Assembly: GCA_963713045.1 (NCBI GenBank)
Contig: CAVQKE010000003.1
Coordinates: 1,248,001 to 1,312,000, forward strand
Direction of reading: 5' to 3'
Length of the DNA stretch: 64,000 nt
Source: an uncultured delta proteobacterium
Lineage (GTDB): Bacteria > Myxococcota > Myxococcia > Myxococcales > Myxococcaceae
This document shows, one piece after another, positions 57,318 through 64,000 of the stretch. Under the pieces are notes generated by a model that saw only the letters and a program-made list of their open reading frames with translations, was not told the origin of the DNA and made no database searches. A program made the position numbers and the translations under genes. Every line of letters starts with the position of its first letter. Positions within the stretch are counted from its first letter, which is position 1.

Positions 57318-59555
57318 ATGAGCCTCAGCAGTCTCTCCGAATGGTTCGTCACCTCCTGGGCCAGCCCTCAGGCGCTGTCCGTCTCGTTGTGGCTGATTGT
57401 TGGCTTCCCCGCCGCGGGCGCTCTCATCTGCGGCATTTTTGGCCGGGCGTTGGGCCGCACCTACGTCAACCTGGTCGGCTGCGCCTCGGTGCTGGCCAGC
57501 TTCGCTCTCTCGGTGTTTGCCTTTCAGTCGGTGTGCGACCCGCACACCACCGTCATCCCGACGGCCACCGGCATCCCGGTCCACTTTGCGCTCAGCGGGG
57601 ACTGGGGCGTGTGGTTCTCCGCCGGCACCTTCCAGGCACGCTTCGGCCTGTGGGTCGACCACCTGTCGGCCACGATGTTGATGGTGGTCACCGGGGTGGG
57701 CTTCCTGATTCACCTCTACAGCACCGAATACATGGAGCACGACGAGGGCTACTGGCGCTTCTTCGCCTACCTCAACCTCTTCACCGCCTCGATGTTGACG
57801 TTGGTGCTGGCGGACAACCTGGTGCTGCTCTTCGTCGGCTGGGAAGGCGTCGGGCTGTGCAGCTACCTGTTGATTGGCTTCTGGTACACCGACGCGGCGA
57901 ATGCCTGGGCTGGGCGCAAGGCCTTCATCGTCAACCGGGTGGGCGACTGCGCCTTCCTGGTGGCCATGTTTCTGTTGGTTTTGACGGTCAGCGCCTACGC
58001 CAAGGCGCCTGGGAATGACCCGCCGGCTCTCCTCTTCCAGCAGCGGCGGGTGACCTGGACGCATGCGGTGTCGGCGGCTCCCGGCCCCCTCAACTTCCAA
58101 GTGCTGGAAGAGTTCGCCCGCTACATGCCAGCCTCGACCACCACCGGCAGCCGCGGCGTGCTGGAAGCCAGCATTCCCTCCGGCCCGCTGGCCGGCCACA
58201 CCTACGGCCACACCCTCACCCTCATCTTCCTGCTGCTGCTGCTCGGTTGCGCGGGCAAGAGTGCCCAGTTGCCGCTGTACGTCTGGCTCCCGGACGCAAT
58301 GGCCGGCCCGACACCTGTCTCGGCGCTGATTCACGCCGCCACCATGGTGACCGCCGGCGTCTACCTCTTATGCCGGATGGCGCCGCTCTTGGTGATGTCC
58401 CCGGCAGCCATGGCCACGGTGGCCATCGTCGGGGCCCTGACTGCGCTTTACGCGGCACTCATCGCCTTTGCCCAGGACGACTTGAAGAAGGTGCTGGCCT
58501 ACTCAACCATCAGCCAGCTGGGCTACATGTTCCTCGGGGTGGGCACTGGCGTCTTCTGGGCCGCCATCCTCCACCTGGTCACCCACGCCTGCTTCAAGGG
58601 GTGTCTGTTTTTGAGCGCCGGCAGCGTGATGCACGGCAACGAGGGCGAACTCAACATCAAGAAGCTGGGCGGCCTCTACAAGCCAATGCCCTGGACCACC
58701 TGGTGCTTCGGCATCGCCACGCTGGCCATCACTGGGCTCGCGCCGCTGAGTGGCTTCTTCAGCAAGGACGACATCCTTCACGGCGCCGAGCATTCGCACC
58801 TGGTGGGGTACAGCTGGGTGGGGCCGACCGCCTATGCGATTGGCTCGCTGGGCGCGCTGTGCACTGCCTTCTACATGTCCCGGGCCTTCCTCCTGACCTT
58901 CACCGGCGAGCGCGCCAAGGACGCTCGGGTGCCCCAGGCTCACGAGAGCGGCTGGGTGATGGTGGCGCCGCTGGTCATCCTGGCCGCTCTCTCGGTGGTG
59001 CTGTTGGTGCACGGGCTCCCGGTCTTTCCGGCCGCCGGGAACACACTGAGCCTTGAGCCACAGACGCTGATGCAGATTTTCTTGCGGTCGGTGTTTTACC
59101 TGCCCGACGGGCTGGCGCCGCAGGTGCATTCCCTGCTGCCGGAGACGCCGGCCAGCCCGCTGCCGGGCTTCCTCATCGCCTTCGCCTTGGCCTGGGCGGG
59201 CGGCGGCGCCGCCTGGTACTTCTACAAGCGCTACCTGCCGGCGCGCGCCGGTCGGCCGGTGCCGGCCTTTTTCCAAGCGGTGCACTCCTTCACCGTGCAC
59301 AAGTTTTACGTCGATGAGTTGTACGACACCGTCTTCATCCGCCCCGTCAAGTGGCTCAGCATCGGCCTCTTCCAGGTGGTGGACGAGGGGCTGATTGACA
59401 CGGTGCTGGTGGGCGGGACGGCCTGGGTGACGCTGAAGTTGGGCTCGCTCTTGCGGTACCTGCAGACCGGCGACCTACAGACCTACGCCGCGATGATGGC
59501 CGTCGGGCTGTTGGCCGGGGTCGGCTACGCGCTGTTTGAGGTGCTGGTCAAGTGA
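57318..59555 (+). CDS. nuoL: NADH-quinone oxidoreductase subunit L
   Basis: GWEGVG, KSAQLPL..WLPDAMAGPTPVSALIHAATMVTAG, KKVLAYST, FYVDELY. Confidence 0.96.
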   Translation: MSLSSLSEWFVTSWASPQALSVSLWLIVGFPAAGALICGIFGRALGRTYVNLVGCASVLASFALSVFAFQSVCDPHTTVIPTATGIPVHFALSGDWGVWFSAGTFQARFGLWVDHLSATMLMVVTGVGFLIHLYSTEYMEHDEGYWRFFAYLNLFTASMLTLVLADNLVLLFVGWEGVGLCSYLLIGFWYTDAANAWAGRKAFIVNRVGDCAFLVAMFLLVLTVSAYAKAPGNDPPALLFQQRRVTWTHAVSAAPGPLNFQVLEEFARYMPASTTTGSRGVLEASIPSGPLAGHTYGHTLTLIFLLLLLGCAGKSAQLPLYVWLPDAMAGPTPVSALIHAATMVTAGVYLLCRMAPLLVMSPAAMATVAIVGALTALYAALIAFAQDDLKKVLAYSTISQLGYMFLGVGTGVFWAAILHLVTHACFKGCLFLSAGSVMHGNEGELNIKKLGGLYKPMPWTTWCFGIATLAITGLAPLSGFFSKDDILHGAEHSHLVGYSWVGPTAYAIGSLGALCTAFYMSRAFLLTFTGERAKDARVPQAHESGWVMVAPLVILAALSVVLLVHGLPVFPAAGNTLSLEPQTLMQIFLRSVFYLPDGLAPQVHSLLPETPASPLPGFLIAFALAWAGGGAAWYFYKRYLPARAGRPVPAFFQAVHSFTVHKFYVDELYDTVFIRPVKWLSIGLFQVVDEGLIDTVLVGGTAWVTLKLGSLLRYLQTGDLQTYAAMMAVGLLAGVGYALFEVLVK

Positions 59556-61237
59556 ACGCGGCTCAACTCCAGCCGATGCTGCTGACGCTGGTCATTTTCA
59601 TGCCGGTGCTGGCCGCGGCCCTGCTGATGCTGGTGCCGCGCGAGGAGTTTGGCCAGCTGCGGGCCTGGACGCTGCTCGCCATGCTGCTCGACTTGGGGCT
59701 GACGGCGTTGGCCTACGGCGTCTTCGACCCCAAGGGCGCCGAATTTCAACTGGAGGTGCGGCATCCGTGGAGCGCCGAATTTGGCATCAGCTACCACCTA
59801 GGCGTCGATGGGCTCAGCGTCTCGCTGGTGCTACTGACTGGCTTCCTCGGGCCGGTGGCGGTGCTGTCGTCGTGGAAATTCATCCATCAGCGGGTCAAAG
59901 AATTTCACATTTCGCTGCTGCTCATCCAAGCGGCGATGTTGGGGACGCTGGTCTCGCTCGACCTCATCCTCTTCTACGTCTTCTTCGAGGCGATGCTCAT
60001 CCCGATGTATTTCCTCATCGGGGTCTGGGGTTCGGAGCGGCGCCGCGAAGCGGCGATGAAGTTTTTCCTCTACACGCTGTTCGGCTCGCTGGTGATGTTG
60101 GTCGCCATTCTGGCCGTCTACTTCATCGGCCAGCCGGCCGGGGCGCGCAGCTTCGACTACGGGACGGTTTACAACTCGCTGCTTTCGGCCAACCGACAGC
60201 TGGCCGAGTGCGCCCAAGGGGCGGGCTGCGCCACCCTTTCGCCGCTGGCGCAGACGCTGGGGACGTGGGGACCATGGATGTTCCTGGCCTTCGCGCTCGC
60301 CTTCGCCATCAAGGTGCCGATGGTGCCGCTGCACACCTGGTTACCGGAGGCGCACGTGGAAGCCCCGGTGGCGGGCTCCATCATCCTGGCCGGCGTCATG
60401 CTGAAGATGGGGACCTACGGCTTCTGGCGTTTCGCCATTCCCTTCTTCCCGGTAGCGGCCTACCAGCTGCGTCCATTCTTCGTCCTTCTCTCGGTGGTGG
60501 GCATCGTCTACGGCGCCCTGATGTGCCTGGCGCAGCAGGACGTGAAGAAACTGATTGCCTACAGCTCGGTCTCCCACCTCGGCCTCTGCATGCTGGGGAT
60601 TTTCGCCTTCACTGCCGAAGCCGCCAGCGGCAGCGCCTACCAGATGCTCAACCACGGCGTCTCCACCGGGGCGCTCTTCTGTCTCTTCGGTTTTCTTTAC
60701 GAAAGGCGGCACACCCGGCGCATGGGGGACTTTGGCGGGGTGGCCAGAGTGATGCCCTTCTTCGCCGCTGCCTTTCTGGTGGTGACGTTTTCCAGCATCG
60801 CCGTCCCGGGGACCAATGGCTTCGTCGGCGAATTTCTGGTGCTGCTTGGCACCTTCAAAGCCTCCGCCCTGTGGCTGGGTTACCCGCTTTTGGCCACCAC
60901 CACGGTGATTCTTGGAGCCAGCTACATGCTGTGGATGGTGCAGCGGGTCTTCTTCGGCCCCATCACCCGGCCGGAAAACGCTGGCCTGCGGGACCTGGAC
61001 TTTCGCGAGGGCATCACCACCGCTGCCTTCCTGGTGCTGGTGATGTGGATGGGGCTTCAGCCGCAGCCCCTGTTGGACCGCATTGCACCGGCCACCGGCC
61101 GCTTCATTGCCCGCGCGCAGCTCGGCTCGCCGGACTTTGCCCAAGTGCGTGAAGACGACGTCCGCGTCACCGTGCCCCCGATGGAGGGCGGCAAGCCAGG
61201 GCAACCCCCGGTGGCCGTGATGGCCGTTCCCCGGTAA
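59552..61237 (+). CDS. nuoM: NADH-quinone oxidoreductase subunit M
   Basis: GVDGLS, FFE..LIPMY, KVPMVPLHTWLP.AH, LKMG.YG, AYSSVSH. Confidence 0.96.
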   Translation: MNAAQLQPMLLTLVIFMPVLAAALLMLVPREEFGQLRAWTLLAMLLDLGLTALAYGVFDPKGAEFQLEVRHPWSAEFGISYHLGVDGLSVSLVLLTGFLGPVAVLSSWKFIHQRVKEFHISLLLIQAAMLGTLVSLDLILFYVFFEAMLIPMYFLIGVWGSERRREAAMKFFLYTLFGSLVMLVAILAVYFIGQPAGARSFDYGTVYNSLLSANRQLAECAQGAGCATLSPLAQTLGTWGPWMFLAFALAFAIKVPMVPLHTWLPEAHVEAPVAGSIILAGVMLKMGTYGFWRFAIPFFPVAAYQLRPFFVLLSVVGIVYGALMCLAQQDVKKLIAYSSVSHLGLCMLGIFAFTAEAASGSAYQMLNHGVSTGALFCLFGFLYERRHTRRMGDFGGVARVMPFFAAAFLVVTFSSIAVPGTNGFVGEFLVLLGTFKASALWLGYPLLATTTVILGASYMLWMVQRVFFGPITRPENAGLRDLDFREGITTAAFLVLVMWMGLQPQPLLDRIAPATGRFIARAQLGSPDFAQVREDDVRVTVPPMEGGKPGQPPVAVMAVPR

Positions 61238-61281
61238 GCCCCTTTTCGCTCAGGAAAGCCCGCCAGCAAACATCCGCCCCC

Positions 61282-62862
61282 ATGTTCCCCCTGCCCAACC
61301 TCACTGCCGCCGACTTTCAGCCACTGTGGCCCTCGGTGGTGCTGTCGCTGGCCGGGATTCTGCTTCTTTTGAGCGAGGTGTTCCTCAACGCCACTGCGCG
61401 CGAGGGCGAGGCGGTCCGCACCTACCAGGCGGTGCTGACCGTGGCGGCCAGCGTGGTGGCCGGCCTGTTGGCCTTGGGCCAGGCCTTCGAGCCCGGGCGT
61501 TCGGTGTTTCTCGGGTTTGGGGTGCTCGACCCCTTCAGCAGCTTCGTCACCGCGGTGGTGTGCCTCGGACTCGGCCTGACGGCGCTTCTGTCGGACGGTT
61601 TTCTGCGCAGCCGGCAGGCGGAGCGTGGGGAATTCTATGCCCTCCTCCTGTTTGCCGCGGCCGGGATGAGCCTGCTCGCCATGTCCAGCGAGCTCATCAT
61701 GCTCTTCGTCAGCCTGGAGGTGATGAGCATCTCCACCTACGCGCTGGCCGCCTACTTACGCCGCGGGCCTCGCCCCACCGAGGCGGGCTTCAAGTACTTC
61801 ATCCTCGGCGCCTTCTCCTCGGCGCTCTTCCTCTATGGGGCGGCCCTTCTCTACGCGGCCACCGGCACCACCACCCTTTCCACGTTGGGGGTGGAGGTGG
61901 GCCGAATCTTCTTCACTCCCGCCTTCTCGGACCGCCGCCTGGTGGTGTACTGCGGCATGGCGCTGGTGTCCGCGGGGCTGGCCTTCAAGGTGGCGGCGGT
62001 GCCTTTCCACATGTGGGCACCGGACGTGTACGAGGGGGCCCCGACCCCGGTGACGGCGCTGATGAGTGTCGGGGTGAAGGCGGCCGCCTTCACCGCCCTG
62101 GTGCGGGTCTTCGTCTCCCTCGGCCGCCACGTCGAGCCGGCGGTGCCGGTGCTTCTTTTCTCCACGCTGGCCATCCTCACCATGGTGGTGGGCAACCTGG
62201 TGGCACTGCCGCAGCGCAACGTGAAGCGGATGCTGGCCTACTCCTCCATTTCCCACGCCGGCTACCTGTTGGTGGGCGTCACGGCCCTCTTCGTCCCGGT
62301 GGCGAGGCCGGGGCTGCCGGGGGTGACGGTGCTGGCAGCTGGGGCCCGCGCGGACCAGGCCGATGCGCTGCGCGCCATCCTCTTCTACCTATTGGCCTAC
62401 ACCGTGACGGCGGTGGGCGCCTTCGGCGTGGTGGGCGCGCTGGAGCGCCGAGAGGACGAAACCCGGGGCTTCGGCTGGGACTTGGACCGCTTCAGCGGGC
62501 TGGCCCAGCGGCGTCCAGGCTGGGCGGCGGCGATGGCCGCCTTCATGCTTTCCCTGGGCGGCATTCCCCCGCTGGCCGGCTTCATGGGAAAACTCTTCAT
62601 CTTCCGCGCGGCGGTGGACTCGGGCCTCGTCACCCTGGTGGTGGTGGGCGTCCTCACCAGCGCCTTCGGGGCGTACTATTACCTGCGGGTGGTGGTGTAC
62701 ATGTACATGCGCCCGCCGCCTGAACAGGCCACCTTGGCCCCTCGGCAGTGGGGCACCGAAGTGGCGCTGGCCGTCGCCGTCCTGGCAGTGGTGCTGTTGG
62801 GGGTTGCCCCGGGGCTGGTGTCCCATTGGCTGCTTCCGGCAGGACACCTCTTCGGCCAGTAG
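61282..62862 (+). CDS. nuoN: NADH-quinone oxidoreductase subunit N
   Basis: EAGFKYFILG, FKVAAVPFHMWAPDVYEGAPTP, KRMLAYSSISHAGY, GIPPLAGF.GK, YYYLR. Confidence 0.96.
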   Translation: MFPLPNLTAADFQPLWPSVVLSLAGILLLLSEVFLNATAREGEAVRTYQAVLTVAASVVAGLLALGQAFEPGRSVFLGFGVLDPFSSFVTAVVCLGLGLTALLSDGFLRSRQAERGEFYALLLFAAAGMSLLAMSSELIMLFVSLEVMSISTYALAAYLRRGPRPTEAGFKYFILGAFSSALFLYGAALLYAATGTTTLSTLGVEVGRIFFTPAFSDRRLVVYCGMALVSAGLAFKVAAVPFHMWAPDVYEGAPTPVTALMSVGVKAAAFTALVRVFVSLGRHVEPAVPVLLFSTLAILTMVVGNLVALPQRNVKRMLAYSSISHAGYLLVGVTALFVPVARPGLPGVTVLAAGARADQADALRAILFYLLAYTVTAVGAFGVVGALERREDETRGFGWDLDRFSGLAQRRPGWAAAMAAFMLSLGGIPPLAGFMGKLFIFRAAVDSGLVTLVVVGVLTSAFGAYYYLRVVVYMYMRPPPEQATLAPRQWGTEVALAVAVLAVVLLGVAPGLVSHWLLPAGHLFGQ

Positions 62863-62941
62863 CCCCAGCTTCCCCTTGCAGGCGTTGAGGCAGGCCGCCG
62901 ACCCCCGGGGGGGCGCTTCCCCCGTTTGCACGGGCCTGCGC

Positions 62942-62975
62942 TTGACACGTCTACAGTCGTAGTATTACACGTGTC
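62942..62975 (+). promoter_or_regulatory. Promoter with tandem BlaI/CopY-type operator boxes
   Basis: TTGACA at 62942; TACAGTCGTA (62952-62961) and TACACGTGTC (62966-62975), each one mismatch from TACAnnTGTA. Confidence 0.7.
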
Positions 62976-63017
62976 GAACTTCCCCACCCGGGAAGGCCGC
63001 CCCTTTTTGGAGTCGCC

Positions 63018-63419
63018 ATGACGGACACCACCCAACTGACTGACTTGCAGCTGGCCCTGTTGCGCGTGCTGTGGACGCGCGGCGAGGCCACCGTCGCGGA
63101 AGTGGCGGAGGCCCTTCGCCCCGAGCGCGAGCTGGCCCCCACCACCGTCGCCACCCTCCTCAGCCGGCTGGAGAAGCGCCGCGTCGTCTCCCACACCAGC
63201 CGGGCCCGGCAATACGTCTACCGCGCGCGCGTCTCTGAAAAGGCGGTGCGGGCCTCCATGGTGAATGGCCTCACCGAGGCACTCTTCGGGGGAGACGTGA
63301 CGGCCTTGATGAGTCACCTGCTGGACGCCCGCTCTGTAAGCCCTGGAGATTTAAACCGCGTGCGCGACTTGATTGATGGCGCCGAAGCTGCCCTGGAGAA
63401 GGCCAATGACGACCGCTGA
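63018..63419 (+). CDS. BlaI/MecI/CopY family transcriptional repressor
   Basis: LTDLQ..LLRVLW, LAPTTVATLLSRLEKR, R.YVY, LFGG. Confidence 0.92.
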   Translation: MTDTTQLTDLQLALLRVLWTRGEATVAEVAEALRPERELAPTTVATLLSRLEKRRVVSHTSRARQYVYRARVSEKAVRASMVNGLTEALFGGDVTALMSHLLDARSVSPGDLNRVRDLIDGAEAALEKANDDR

Positions 63420-64000
63420 CGTGTTGCGCTTGGGCGAAACATTCTGCGCCCTGGGCGCTGCCTGGCTCCTCACTTATGCCCTGCACTCCACCGTCCTCAT
63501 CGCCGGCACCTGGGCCGTGCAGCGGCTGGCCCTGGTGCGCTCGCTGCGCCTTCGGGACCTGCTGTGGCGCGGCGCCCTGGTGGGCGGACTGTTGACCGCC
63601 AGCCTCCAGCTGGGCGCGGGGCTTGCCCCCTGGGGCATCACCCTGCAGGCGCAGCACTCCGCCAAGGTCCCACCGCCACCTGTCGCCGCCGCGCCCCTGG
63701 TGCTGGAGGTGCCGGCGGCCGGCCCGGGCGAGGAGCAGCTCGGCCCGGACGTGGCCCTTCCGCCCAGCCGCGCCGAGGCCGGGGACGTGGCCTTCGGCGT
63801 TGCGGCCGTGCCCGCCGCCCCGGCCGCGGTGGCAGTGCCCGAAGTTCGGGTCCACTCCCTCCTCTTCATGGCCTGGGTGGCGGTGGCCTCGGTGCTGCTG
63901 TTGCGGCTGGCGGTGGGGCGCACCCGCGTCCTGGAAGGGCTGGGGCTGCGCTCGCCCGTCCTGGAGCCGCGGTTGCGCGCCCAGCTGGAGGCGTTGTGCG
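63406..64000 (+). CDS. M56/BlaR1-like membrane protein, N-terminal part (truncated by window end)
   Basis: ATG at 63406 overlaps the blaI end; reads MTTADVLRLG...WLLTYALHSTVL...RDLLWRGAL; absent from the ORF track, consistent with no stop before the window end; HExxH not reached. Confidence 0.75.
   Translation, partial: MTTADVLRLGETFCALGAAWLLTYALHSTVLIAGTWAVQRLALVRSLRLRDLLWRGALVGGLLTASLQLGAGLAPWGITLQAQHSAKVPPPPVAAAPLVLEVPAAGPGEEQLGPDVALPPSRAEAGDVAFGVAAVPAAPAAVAVPEVRVHSLLFMAWVAVASVLLLRLAVGRTRVLEGLGLRSPVLEPRLRAQLEALC

Overview
GC-rich bacterial chromosomal window, most consistent with a myxobacterium (Myxococcota). Signs are a MYXO-CTERM-like tail, a PilZ-receiver protein, a PEGA/Cys-rich lipoprotein pair, a Ser/Thr kinase fold and a split nuo operon. 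It holds about 54 densely packed genes. Housekeeping genes include moaA, htpX, ftsH, kbl-tdh, ackA, def, purF, pyc, an mlaEFD-pqiC-like ABC system, kdsB-pyrG-kdsA and nuoEF-JKLMN. There are also several two-component genes, secreted hydrolases and a BlaI/M56 pair cut by the window end. I saw no rRNA, tRNA, CRISPR array or mobile element. Three genes (ftsH, tdh, PEGA) carry indels that look more like sequencing errors than biology. The best leads are: (1) a PilZ-REC plus winged-helix-like pseudokinase pair divergent from complex I genes; (2) a beta-helix plus diheme cytochrome c lipoprotein pair; (3) a D-[A/G]-G motif enriched in three unrelated exported proteins; (4) a KdsA with Asp at the Cys/Asn class-defining site; (5) a coupled cfa-like methyltransferase/acyl-CoA dehydrogenase operon; (6) a DUF309-CPXCG fusion. 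All family calls come from motif recognition by eye; no searches were run.
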